DNA of 64,000 bases, taken from contig CM022667.1 in NCBI GenBank assembly GCA_012295275.1, positions 7,006,001 to 7,070,000 of the forward strand. Direction: 5' to 3'. The notes under the pieces are model-generated. The model saw nothing but the letters and a program-made list of their open reading frames with translations, was not told the DNA's origin and searched no databases. Each line of letters begins with the position of its first letter. Positions within the stretch are counted from its first letter, which is position 1. This stretch comes from Chrysomallon squamiferum. Taxonomy: Eukaryota; Animalia; Mollusca. The position numbers were made by a program, and so were the translations under genes. Of the stretch, positions 46,301 through 60,400 are shown piece after piece.

Positions 46301-49300
46301 ACAGCAGACGTGATTTTGTACACACAACTCTTCTAGCTAATGTTATGTAAAACAACAATAGACATAAAACAAAGGTCAGATCTCTGTTTCTTGTAACACT
46401 GGTAAATTTACTGTTTGATTTCCCTCAGCAAAACAGTCTTTAAGCTCCACTAACATCCTCATTTAGTGTCTACAGTAATCTGTGAGTAGGAGTAATTAGT
46501 GAGTACTGAACAGACCCCCATTTTTACAAATCTGTCTCTCTCACTTGATAAATGGCACATTTTTATAAACCCTTTTCTTTTTCTCTGTGTTCTTATTATT
46601 ATTTTATTTTGTTAGTTTGGTAATAAATGTGCTGAAGAAGAACAATCAACCATTTCAAGAGTTGTTTTCAGAGAGCAGCAAGGGCCATTTTACATAGAAG
46701 AGAATTTTAATAAATATTTAAATTGGTTGAACTGAAAGATTGTGTACAGGTGACAAACGTGATAAAAAAAACAAAACATGTCAGTGTGTAATATTGCATC
46801 AGAACCGATCAATGATTTATTTTAGTGGGTTTTTATACAAGAAATCTGCAAGTCATGCTGCCAGGGCAGTTTTCCTCCTCTCATTGGCAGACATCTGGGA
46901 CAGGGGTTGGAAGGTGGTTAACAAGTAGAGATACTTGGTATGTGACAGTTCACAGCACATTTACAAAACATCCATTCATTTGATGTACTGCTTCTTAAGA
47001 TGTATTGTGTTCTACAAGATCCATGATGTGTAAATATGTGTATGTGTGTTTATAAACATGCACACACATACATACATACATACATGTATGTTTTTGGTTA
47101 CTGGTTTCTCCTTGCAGACAGTTAATCATCTAACTTGTCACATGACTGTAATTTCCAGCCTGTATTTGTTGAACATTCATTTCTGCTGAGCAGTAGGTGT
47201 TCTCATACAAAAACTGACAGCTAAACTGAAGTTAAATATTTAGTTGTTAAACTGACTTACTAAAACTGTTTTAAACCCATTACTGGCATACTTTATTTTA
47301 CAGTTAGCTACTTTCCTAATAAATATAAAATGTAACCAATTTCATAAGAAAAGATGTTACTTGAGACAACGTGTACATCGTCAGGTGTGTTGACAGTGAG
47401 GTCAATGTGTTAACATTTAGCTACTTTTCTAATAAATATAAAATGTAATAAAAGATGTTAGGTGAGACAGCGTGTACATCGTCACGTGTGTTGACAGTCA
47501 CTCGGGTATGACTCACTCGGGCGTGGTTTCCTCTCACGTTACCCCGTCACTGATAAAACTTCACTCAGAATGTCGCAACACTTGAGTTTATCATTGAGAT
47601 ACAAGCCACTCAAACTTTGAAAATACATCAATAAATTTCCAAAGACTACAAAGATTACAGGTAAATACAGAACACTGTGTTCAGGTGAAATTTGTACAAC
47701 ACTTTATACTTGTTACACAGTGTGCAACATTTTATACTTGTTACCCAGTGTGCAACATTTTATACTTGTTACCCAGTATACAACACTTTATACTTGTCAC
47801 CTGACTGTACAACACTTTATACTTGTCACCTGACTGTACAGTATATTTCATCATAAAACAAGTGTCTGGTTTGAAAAATCTAATTTTTCACAGTTTGCTG
47901 GGTGAGTGATAAACCTGTCAGTCAGCTCAGAATTACTTTTAAAAACATACATTTTTACATACACACACACACACACACACAAATACATACGTACACACAC
48001 AAACACACACACACACACACACAAATACATACGTACACACACACACACACACATACACACACACACATATAGATACATACATCTCATTTGAATGTTTTGA
48101 TATTACATTTAATGGTGTTTGTTTGTGAAGTAGATATACAGATGGAAGTGATTTGGCAGGTAAAAGTATAAATAGTTATGTAGACAGGTATACAAATAAA
48201 TTATTCATATAATCAATCTTTACAATATTTATTCATTTGATAAAATTATCATCTCATTTACGATGTCAGACACATTTATAAATTCATGTAGCAAAACGAA
48301 AATCTAGGTCATGTAGGTGTTGAAAACAAGTGTGTTCTGTTACAGGTAGATGTACCTGACTGAACACGCTGTATCAGGTTAACTGATGGGGGGGTGACTT
48401 AGCGTCTGTCAGGTAACTCAAATATTTGTCTCAGCGGGGCATATTTTTGTACCTCACACTTTTAGGAAATCACCAGTATACTTCTGAATATTTAAAAAAA
48501 TATGTTATTTTATGATTTGTGTAGTAGTGTACTTATGAGTCAGTGTGGTATGTGAATGTCATGTGCACATGCATGTGTATGTATGTTTGTGTGTGTTCTG
48601 TATATAAGTGTTGTACATACATAGATGTGTATGTATGTTTGTGTGTGTTCTGTATATAAGTGGTGTACGTGTACATAGATGTGTATGTATGTGTGTGTGT
48701 GTTCTGTATATAAGTGTTGTACATAGATGTGTATCTATGTTTGTGTGTGTTCTGTATATAAGTGTTGTACGTGTACGTATATGTGTATGTATGTTTGTGT
48801 GTGTTCTGTATATAAGTGTTGTACGTGTACGTAGATGTGTATGTATGTGTGTGTTCTGTATATAAGTGGTGTATGTGTACATAGATGTGTATGTATGTGT
48901 GTGTTCTGTATATAAGTGGTAGATGTTTGTGTGTGTTCTGTATATAAGGTGGTGTATGTGTGCGTATGATGTGTGTGTTCTGTATATAAGTGGTAGATGT
49001 TTGTGTGTGTTCTGTATATAAGTGGTGTATGTGTATGTATGTGTGTGTTCTGTATATAAGTGGTAGATGTTTGTGTGTGTTCTGTATATAAGTGGTGTAT
49101 GTGTACATAGATGTGTATGTATGTTTGTGTGTGTTCTGTATATAAGTGTTGTAATGCGGTAATGCGTATATGTGTATGTATGTTTGTGTGTGTTCTGTAT
49201 ATAAGTGTTGTAACGCGGTAATGCGTATGTGTATGTATGTTTGTTTGTGTTCTGTATATAAAGTGTTGTATGCGTGTACATATATGTGTATGTATGTTTG

Positions 49301-51380
49301 TGTGTGTTCTGTATATAAGTGTTAATGCGTGTGCGTAGATGTGTATGTATGTTTGTGTGTGTTCTGTATATAAGTGGTGTACGTGTACATAGATGTGTAT
49401 GTATGTGTGTGTGTGTTCTGTATATAAGTGTTGTACATAGATGTGTATGTATGTTTGTGTGTGTTCTGTATATAAGTGTTGTACATAGATGTGTATGTAT
49501 GTTTGTGTGTGTTCTGTATATAAGTGGTGTATGTGTATGTATATGTGTATGTATGTGTGTGTGTATGTGTGTGTATGTGTATGTTTGTGTGTGTTCTGTA
49601 TATAAGTGTTGTACATAGATGTGTATGTATGTTTGTTTGTGTGTGTTCTGTATATAAGTGGTGTATGTGTATGTATATATGTATGTTTGTGTGTGTTCTG
49701 TATATAAGTGTTGTTATGCGTAATGCGTAGATGTGTATGTATGTTTGTGTGTGTTCTGTATATGTGTTGTGTGTATATGTTGTGTGTGTTCTGTATATAA
49801 GTGGTGTATGTGTGTACGTAGATGTGTGTGTATGTTGTGTGTGTGTTCTGTTCTATATATAAGTGTTGTAACGTAGATGTGTATGTATGTTTGTGTGTGT
49901 TCTGTATATAAGTGGTGTATGTGTACGTAGATGTGTATGTATGTTTGTGTGTGTTCTGTATATAAGTGTTGTGCGTTAATGCGTAGATGTGTATGTATGT
50001 TTGTGTGTGTTCTGTATATAAGTGTTTGTGCGTAATGTGATGTGTATGTATGTTTGTGTGTGTTCTGTATATAAGTGTTGTGTGTAATGTACGTAGATGT
50101 GTATGTATGTTTGTGTGTGTTCTGTATATATATAAGTGTTGTAACGTGTAACGTAGATGTGTATGTTGTGTATATAAGTTCTGTATATAAGTGTTGTACA
50201 TAGATGTGTATGTATGTTTGTGTGTGTTCTGTATATAAGTGTTGTAATTTTATGCATATATGTGTATGTATGTTTGTGTGTGTTCTGTATATAAATGGTG
50301 GTGTATGTGTGCGTAGATGTGTATGTATGTTTGTGTGTTCTGTGTATATAAGTTATATGTGTTGTAGATGTGTGTGTTCTGTATATATGTAAGTGTTGTA
50401 TGTGTATGTAGATGTGTGTGTATGTTTGTGTGTGTTCTGTATATAAGTGGTGTACGTGTACGTAGATGTGTATGTATGTTTGTGTGTTTTCTGAATATAA
50501 GTGGTGTATGTGTACGTAGATGTGTATGTATGTTTGTGTGTGTTCTGTATATAAGTGTTGTACATGTACGTAGATGTGTATGTATGTTTGTGTGTGTTCT
50601 GTATATGTGTTGTACATGAAGGTAATAATAATTTCAGTATGTAATGTAATTCTATAAAAATGCAATGTAGTTCTTTTTCCAAATTTGTTTACTTATGTTA
50701 ATTAATGCACAAAAACTAAATGAATTAATTAATTAATAAAGTTTTATCAGACCCTGGAAATTGACACATCAGATTAACTGTTGCTATGGAGATGTGTGAT
50801 GTAATGTTGCTATATACAACTTTACATAAAACCTGTGTGTGGTGATGGCAGTTGTTTCTTAAAGAATCTGATAAACAAATTCTGATAAAAACATGAAATG
50901 GTTGTGTTTCCATGAATTCTTTCTGTTGATAAGAAATTTAAATAATCTCACACTGAAAGATGTAAAGAGAATAGGTAGCACCGTTTGACTGTTTTACTGT
51001 TTCACTGTTTTATTATGAACTGTTATTGATAGGCAGACCATTGATATGTCTTTATTGATTTTATTTTCATCACATCTAATGTTCATTGCAAATTACACTA
51101 GAACATACGCACAACTGCATTAATATATACAGTTACACACACACATACAAACACACTTATTAATAAGTACAGTTAAATACACATACATATAATTAAAATG
51201 TTGTTCATACATAAATACACATAATTAATCTATGGAACATATATTTACATACACGTCCAGACACTTGTACACATAGCAAACATAAATACATCCATAAACA
51301 TTCAAACACATAAAAATATATTCACACTCTTAAATTCAATATATATATATATGTATATATCCACACATACATACATACAT

Positions 51381-51426
<46 letters not shown>

Positions 51427-54400
51427 TAAATTCAATTCAGATTTCTGATAACATGAAGAATGTAGGTGCTATAACTGGTGACAGGCAGGGTCTACATTAT
51501 GAAAATAGAGAAATATTAAACTGGCAGAAATCTACAATGAATAAAGCAAACCAAAAGCTGTGATGTGTTCAAACAGGCAGTGTGAAACACAGTATTTTAT
51601 CAACAAAGTAAACTGTATATCTTAATATATAACAGCAACCACTCTAACTTTTCAAAACAACAAAGTAAAATACTTTGAATGAAACTGTGTCACATGTATG
51701 TGTCTACGCTACATTAGCAGCAGTGTAACAGTTCAGTGATCACATGTATTGAAAAGTACAGTCACAGTTCAGTGTTTAGACTTTAACTGCCTTTTTTGTT
51801 TCTGTTTTTACCTGCCAGTGGAAAATATATTCTTTTAGTCAATGGGGAAAATAAGTGTGATGAGGACTAATAAATAAATAAGCAATGATATTAATAATAA
51901 AAAGTTAAATATGTTTTCTTAATTACCACATATATGTAACATTACTGACGAAATATGCGTATATATGTATGTGTATACATATAAATAGATGTATATGGGT
52001 GTGTGTGTGTGTGTGTGTATCGATAGATGTGTGTGTATTTAGATATATGGATGGGTGTATTCTCTTTCTATCTCTCATGTATTCTCACATGTACAGCTTC
52101 AGAATTACATTGTTATGTATTTGATTATAATAATATCAAATGTTCGGTATTATTTCTTTGCTGTTTATGTAGCTCACACAAATTTCTGTTGACCTTTGAC
52201 CTAACAACTGTTACCTGGTAAACAGATTTCTGTGATTACCTGCAATTAGGAAAGGTAAATGTGGAGTTCAAGGTTATATTTGTTTTTACCTGTATTGTCC
52301 TCATAACAAAGTCTTCGGGGCTAATTAAACTAATTATATTTCACTTGTTATCTTTTAGAATTTCAAATGATTTTTTATTTTGTTTATTGTTTTATATATA
52401 TAGTTTGTTTTCTGTCTGTTTCTATATGAAAAATGATGTAAATATATCTTTTGTTTTCATAATGATAATAAAACAGAGTACTATCTGCTATCATAGCCAC
52501 TTTTTGTACTCACTAGAATTACTTGATCTGTTTTGTCTTTTCTACTCACTAGAATTACTTGATCTGTTTTGTCTTTTCTATTCACTAGAATTACTTGATT
52601 TGTTTTGTCTTTTCTACTCACTAGAATTACTTGATCTGTTTTGTTTTTTCTACTCACTAGAATTACTTGATCTGTTTTGTCTTTTCTACTCACTAGAATT
52701 ACTTGATCTGTTTTGTCTTTTCTACTCACTAGAATTACTTGATCTGTTTTGTCTTTTCTACTCACTAGAATTACTTTATCTGTTTTGTTTTTTCTACTCA
52801 CTAGAATTACTTGATCTGTTTTGTCTTTTCTACTCACTAGAATTACTTGATCTGTTTTGTCTTTTCTACTCACTAGAATTACTTGATCTGTTTTGTCTTT
52901 TCTACTCACTAGAATTACATGATTTGTGTTTTGTCTTTTCTACCCTCTAGAATTACATGTTTCTGTTTTTAAACACTGTTAAATATAAAAACTTACAGTG
53001 TGTCTAAATATAGTCTTCTTTATTCCAAATTACATGTTATTTGTCTTTATGAACAGCAGCATGGATCAGTTTTTAAAAGTCTGGATGCAGCCAGGTTTAC
53101 CTGTTTGTGAGCTGATACAGATAAAGTGACCCCAGTTTATCTTATTGTCATACATTGTTAGTAGTGTCAAGCAAAACAATAAAATAATTTATTAGGCCTT
53201 TTATTCATCTTGCATCGTGTCCAGATCACAGTACTGATAATTTAATTTGGAGTTATAAATAAGTTGTGTCCAGCCAGATTCAATCATGTGTGAACTGTCA
53301 GTCATGCATAACAAAGCAGATTTTATTGATTATTACCTCTATAAATAACTGTACATTTTTATTCCTCTGATTTTATTTTATTTATTTTTGTTTTGATTTA
53401 TTTATTTATTTTTTTTATTTTTTATTTTTTTTTATTTATTCTTCTTTTTGTTGTTTTTATTTACCCACTAAAAGTGTATGTTGTTAAATTAAGTTTTTAC
53501 TTAATGACAATAATGTAATGTTTTTTATTTCTTCTTGTTTGCTTTATCATTTGTTTTACACAGTTTTACAAAGTGAAAAATTCAGAATCATGTTTAAGAA
53601 ATAAAACCGATTTTGAAGTTAGACACAATCTGATCCTCTTTCTTTGTGAAAAATACAATGAAATTAACTGTGTCTATAAATCCCTACTGATTTTAGTCAA
53701 ACTGAATTTAAGTGGTAAAATATCTGATGCTAAAAATATCTGGCAATACAAATAAATTGATTCTGTCATTTCAAATGTCGTATTAATTTGTTTATCTGTG
53801 TTGTTTTCTCAGATGTTTGTGTGTTTCAGGTGACAGGCAGTGTTAAGTGTACTAATGGCTTTATTTTACGAGATGCTGACACGGTAAGTGAAACTGTCAG
53901 TGCTTCTTGTTTCCTTAGATGATTAGAAATCATCATCATCATCATCATCAAAATTTCATGTACTGCTTTATAATACTGTCAAGTGTGTGTTTTTAATACA
54001 GTCAGCCAAATTTCATGTCTTGCCTTGTAGTACTGTCAAGTGTTTTTAATACAGTCAGCCAAATTTCATGTCTTGCCTTGTAGTACTGTCAAGTGTTTTT
54101 AATACAGTCAGCCAAATTTCATGTCTTGCCTTGTAGTACTGTCAAGTGTTTTTAATACAGTCAGCCAAATTTCATGTCATGCCTTGTAGTACTGTCAAGT
54201 GTTTTTAATACAGTCAGCCAAATTTCATGTCTTGCCTTGTAGTACTGTCAAGTGTTTTTAATACAGTCAGCCAAATTTCATGTCTTGCCTTGTAGTACTG
54301 TCAAGTGTTTTTAATACAGTCAAAAATTTCATGTCTTGCCTTGTAGTACTGTCAAGTGTTTTTAATACAGTCAGCCAAATTTCATGTCATGCCTTTTCAA

Positions 54401-57400
54401 GTGTTTTTAATACAGTCAGCCAAATTTCATGTCTTGCCTTGTAGTACTGTCAAGTGTTTTTAATACAGTCAGCCAAATTTCATGTCTTGCCTTGTAGTAC
54501 TGTCAAGTGTTTTTAATACAGTCAAAATTTCATGTCTTGCCTTGTAGTACTGTCAAGTGTTTTTAATAATAGTCAGCCAAATTTCATGTCATGCCTTGTA
54601 GTACTGTCAAGTGTTTTTAATACAGTCAGCCAAATTATGTCTTGCCTTGTAGTACTGTCAAGTGTTTTTTAATACAGTCAGCCAAATTTCATGTCATGCC
54701 TTGTAGTACTGTCAAGTGTTTTTAATACAGTCAGCCAAATTTCATGTCTTGCCTTGTAGTACTGTCAAGTGTTTTTAATACAGTCAGCCAAATTTCATGT
54801 CTTGCCTTGTAGTACTGTCAAGTGTTTTTAATACAGTCAGCCAAATTTCATGTCTTGCCTTGTAGTACTGTCAAGTGTTTTTAATACAGTCAGCCAAATT
54901 TCATGTCATGCCTTGTTTTTAATACAGTCACTTTCATCAAGTGTTTTTAATACAGTCAGCCAAATTTCATGTCTTGCCTTGTAGTACTGTCAAGTGTTTT
55001 TAATACAGTCAGCCAAATTTCATGTCTTGCCTTGTAGTACTGTCAAGTGTTTTTAATACAGTCAGCCAAATTTCATGTCTTGCCTTGTAGTACTGTCAAG
55101 TGTTTTTAATACAGTCAGCCAAATTTCATGTCTTGATGTAGTACTGTCAAGTGTTTTTAATACAGTCAGCCAAATTTCATGTCTTGCCTTGTAGTACTGT
55201 CAAGTGTTTTTAATACAGTCAGCCAAATTTCATGTCTTGCCTTGTAGTACTGTCAAGTGTTTTTAATAGTCAGCCAGGATATGATCAAACCAAAATTGGG
55301 TGAAATATGTTTCGAAGTTTCTGAAAAATTTATTTAAAACCAGAAGACATAATAAAGGTTTGTTTAATGAATCTGACTTCTGTTGAATTTTTTTTTGTGT
55401 TGTTTTTATTTGTCATCTTGTTTTTGCAGTTGTTTTTTGTTTGTTGTTCTTCTGTGGTTAGAGCACAGACTGATACAGTAAATCACAAGCTCATTTAATG
55501 GAGATGCTTTGACAGGCCTTGTAAGTTATTGCTATGTTCACAATTCCCATAGATACGATCACCCTCTGATAACCAAAGTTGCCATTCATTTCCTGGACTC
55601 CATCTGCAAACCCAAGTAACAGATCTACACGAAGAGATTGCCCACCAAGACAACAAAAGCACCTTGCACTCGCATTGTCAATAGAAGATCTGGATCTACA
55701 TGGATCCTGGAAAGAAGTCCTGGATGGGAAGCATTTCCTCTTGTTCACAGATGGAACTGGACACCTTAGGGAAACTTGGCAACTGACAAAATGTAACTTG
55801 GATGAGTCTCTGTGAATGGAGTGCTTAAACAGAGTAGACTTAAATACTCCTTGTTTTATTCTTCTTCTGTGGCACAGTTTACTCAGGGCAGTGGTGATTT
55901 ATTTACAACTTTGACAGGATGGATGGAAGTGTTCTAGAAACTCACTTAGTCTCTGTCTGCTTCATCATGATACATGTTTCATATGTCAGTGTCTGTAACC
56001 AAGTCCACTGCCACTAACTAGTAAGAGTCTCCCACGTATTTTTTCTCTCTCTCTCGTAATGTTCACCTGTTTGACAGTAATTGTTTATACATTTTAGAAT
56101 GACCTGGTGGATTGGGAAAAGCCGATATTTGAGCAGATTCCACACATTGGAGAGGAGTATTTCGAGTGGGTTCACAAAGCCGTCGACAAGCCGCTGCGCC
56201 TCTTTCACTCCGACTTCTTCGAGTTCTTCTCAAAGTGTCCGTGGTGGCTGGTGCCGCTCGTCTGGTTTCCTGTCACAGCGCTGCTGCTGGTGAACGCCTA
56301 CAACAACCTCTCTCAGCAACCAGAACACTGGCCACACATCATGTTCGGAGGTTTGCTGTTTAAAATAGTCTGTTTGTCAAATAAAGACTCACCCGTTTTC
56401 AAAACTTAATTTTATTTAAAATACTAAAACAATACATATTTTTATTTAAAACATTTTAGTATAGAAATACATATTTTTATCTAAAACATTTTAGTATAGA
56501 AATACATATTTTTATCTAAAACATTTTAGTATAGAAATACATATTTTTTTCTAAAACATTTTAGTATAGAAATACATATTTTTTTCTAAAACATTTTAGT
56601 ATAGAAATACATATTTTTTTCTAAAACATTTTAGTATAGAAATACATATTTATATTTAAAACATTTTGCTATTGAAATATATATTTATATCTAAAACATT
56701 TTAGTATAGAAATACATATTTATATTTAAAACATATTTTACTATTGAAATACATGTTTATATTTAAAACATTTTGCTATAGAAATACATATTTATATCTA
56801 AAACATTTTACTATAGAAACACATATTTATATTTAAAACATATTTTACTATTGAAATACATATTTATATTTAAAACATTTTACTATAGAAATACATATTT
56901 ATATTTAAAACATATTTTACTATAGAAACGTATATTTATATCTAAAACATTTTGCTGTAGAAATACATTTTTATATTTAAAATATATTTTACTATAGAAA
57001 TACGTATTTATATTTAAAACATTTTACTATAGAAACACATATTTATATTTAAAACATATTTTACTATAGAAACATATATTTATATCTAAAACATTTTAGT
57101 ATAGAAATATATATTTATATCTAAAACATTTTGCTATAGAAATACATATTTATATCTAAAACATTTTACTATAGAAATACATATTTATAGTTTAAAAGAA
57201 TTTGAAGAACAAATGAAATATAAAATTTAAATATATTTATGAATTATATTATTGAATACAATGAAAAATGATGATTAATTACAATTACCTAATATTTCAA
57301 AACACTTCTTTCATTTAAACAACTGTTCAAGTGTTTCAAATATCTCTGTGTTACATACCACGTGAGAAATGTCACTGTAAAAATTGTGTTAAACATGAAA

Positions 57401-60400
57401 TATTTGCATTGTTTGATCACAGCCATATAAATTACTAAATCTGATAACAGCTGGTTACTAAACAGTGAACATCTGGAACTGTAGTCAAGGTAACAGTGGT
57501 CACTAGAGGGAGCTGCTGTGTTAATCAAAAAATGTTTTATGTACACGATAAATCATTGGTGTTAACACTGTAGATGTCTGCATATTTATGTATGTATGTA
57601 TGTATGTATGTATGTATGTATGTATGTATGTATGTATGTATGTATGTATGTATGTATGTATGTATGTCTACTCTGTGTTCTGTCTGTATGTATGTATGTC
57701 TACTCTGTGTTCTGTCTGTATGTATGTATGTCTACTCTGTGTTCCTTCCTCTCTGTATTTATGTCTACTCTGTGTTCCTGTCTGTATATATGTCTACTCT
57801 GTGTTCCTTCCTCTCTGTATATATGTCTGTATGTCTACTCTGTGTTCCTTCCTCTCTCTGTATATGTATTTATGTCTACTCTGTGTTCCTTCCTCTCTCT
57901 GTATATGTATTTATGTCTACTCTGTGTTCCTTCCTCTCTCTGTATATGTATTTATGTCTACTCTGTGTTCCTCTCTCTGTCTGTATGTCTGTATGTCTGC
58001 TCTGTGTTCCTGTCTGTCTGTATATGTATTTATATCTACTCTGTGTTCCTCTCTCTCTCTGTATATGTATTTATGTCTACTCTGTGTTCCTCTCTCTGTA
58101 TATGTATTTATGTCTACTCTGTGTTCCTTCCTCTCTCTGTATATGTATTTATGTCTACTCTGTGTTCCTCTCTCTGTCTGTATGTCTGTATGTCTGCTCT
58201 GTGTTCCTGTCTGTCTGTATATGTATTTATATCTACTCTGTGTTCCTCTCTCTCTCTGTATATGTATTTATGTCTACTCTGTGTTCCTCTCTCTCTCTGT
58301 ATATGTATTTATGTCTACTCTGTGTTCCTCTCTCTGTATATGTATTTATGTCTACTCTGTGTTCCTCTCTCTGTATATGTATTTATGTCTACTCTGTGTT
58401 CCTCTCTCTCTCTGTATATGTATTTATGTCTACTCTGTGTTCCTCTCTCTGTATATGTATTTATGTCTACTCTGTGTTCCTCTCTCTCTCTGTATATGTA
58501 TTTATGTCTACTCTGTGTTCCTCTCTCTGTATATGTATTTATGTCTACTCTGTGTTCCTCTCTCTCTGTATATGTATTTATGTCTACTCTGTGTTCCTCT
58601 CTCTGTATATGTATTTATGTCTACTCTGTGTTCCTCTCTCTCTCTCTGTATATGTATTTATGTCTACTCTGTGTTCCTCTCTCTGTATATGTATTTATGT
58701 CTACTCTGTGTTCCTCTCTCTGTATATGTATTTATGTCTACTCTGTGTTCCTCTCTCTGTATATGTATTTATGTCTACTCTGTGTTCCTCTCTCTGTATA
58801 TTTATTTATGTCTACTCTGTGTTCCTCTCTCTGTATATGTATTTATGTCTACTCTGTGTTCCTCTCTCTGTATATGTATTTATGTCTACTCTGTGTTCCT
58901 CTCTCTGTATATGTATTTATGTCTGTATGTCTATGTTCCTGTCTGTCTGTATGTATGTATGTCTGTATGTCTACTCTGTGTTCCTCTCTCTCTCTGTATG
59001 TCTATGTTCCTGTCTGTCTGTATGTATGTATGTCTGTATGTCTACTCTGTGTTCCTCTCTCTGTATTTATGTCTGTATGTCTACTCTGTGTTCCTCTCTC
59101 TGTATATGTATTTATGTCTGTATGTATGCATATTTATGTCTACTCTGTGTTCCTCTCTATGTGTATGTCTGTATGTATGTATGTATGTCTATGTTCCTGT
59201 CTGTCTGTATGTATGTATGTCTGTATGTCTCACTCTATGTTCCTCTCTCTGTATATGTATTTATGTCTGTATGTCTATGTTCCTGTCTGTCTGTATGTAT
59301 GTATGTCTGTATGTCTACTCTATGTTCCTCTCTCTGTATATGTATTTATGTCTGTATGTCTATGTTCCTGTCTGTCTGTATGTATGTATGTCTGTATGTC
59401 TACTCTATGTTCCTCTCTCTCTCTGTATATGTATTTATGTCTGTATGTCTATGTTCCTGTCTGTCTGTATGTATGTATGTCTGTATGTCTACTCTGTGTT
59501 CCTCTCTCTCTCTCTATGTCTATGTTCCTGTCTGTCTGTATGTATGTATGTCTGTATGTCTACTCTGTGTTCCTCTCTCTGTTTTATGTCTGTATGTCTA
59601 CTCTGTGTTCCTCTCTCTCTCTGTATATGTATTTATGTCTGTATGTATGCATATTTATGTCTACTCTGTGTTCCTCTCTATGTGTATGTCTGTATGTATG
59701 TATGTATGTCTATGTTCCTGTCTGTCTGTATGTCTACTCTATGTTCCTCTCTCTGTATATGTATTTATGTCTGTATGTCTATGTTCCTGTCTGTCTGTAT
59801 GTATGTATGTCTGTATGTCTACTCTGTGTTCCTCTCTCTGTATATGTATTTATGTCTGTATGTCTATGTTCCTGTCTGTCTGTATGTATGCATATTTATG
59901 TCTACTCTGTGTTCCTCTCTGTATATGTATTTATGTCTGTATGTCTACTCTATGTTCCTCTCTGTATATGTATGTATGTCTGTATGTCTACTCTATGTTC
60001 CTCTCTGTATATGTATGTCTGTCTGTATGTATGTATGTCTGTATGTCTACTCTGTGTTCCTCTCTCTGTATATGTATTTATGTCTGTATGTCTATGTTCC
60101 TGTCTGTCTGTATGTATGCATATTTATGTCTACTCTGTGTGTTCCTCTCTCTGTATATGTATTTATGTCTGTATGTCTATGTTCCTGTCTGTCTGTATGT
60201 ATGTGTATGTCTGTATGTCTACTCTGTGTTCCTCTCTCTGTATTTATGTCTGTATGTCTACTCTGTGTTCCTCTCTCTGTATATGTATTTATGTCTGTAT
60301 GTATGCATATTTATGTCTACTCTGTGTTCCTCTCTATGTGTATGTCTGTATGTATGTATGTATGTCTATGTTCCTGTCTGTCTGTATGTATGTATGTCTG

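Noticed and set aside
48533-50682. His/Thr/Tyr-rich ORFs
   Set aside because: TG/CA-rich minisatellite translations
52261-52950. YSLELLDLFCLF repeat ORF and its antisense ORF
   Set aside because: Intronic 36-bp minisatellite with no other coding evidence
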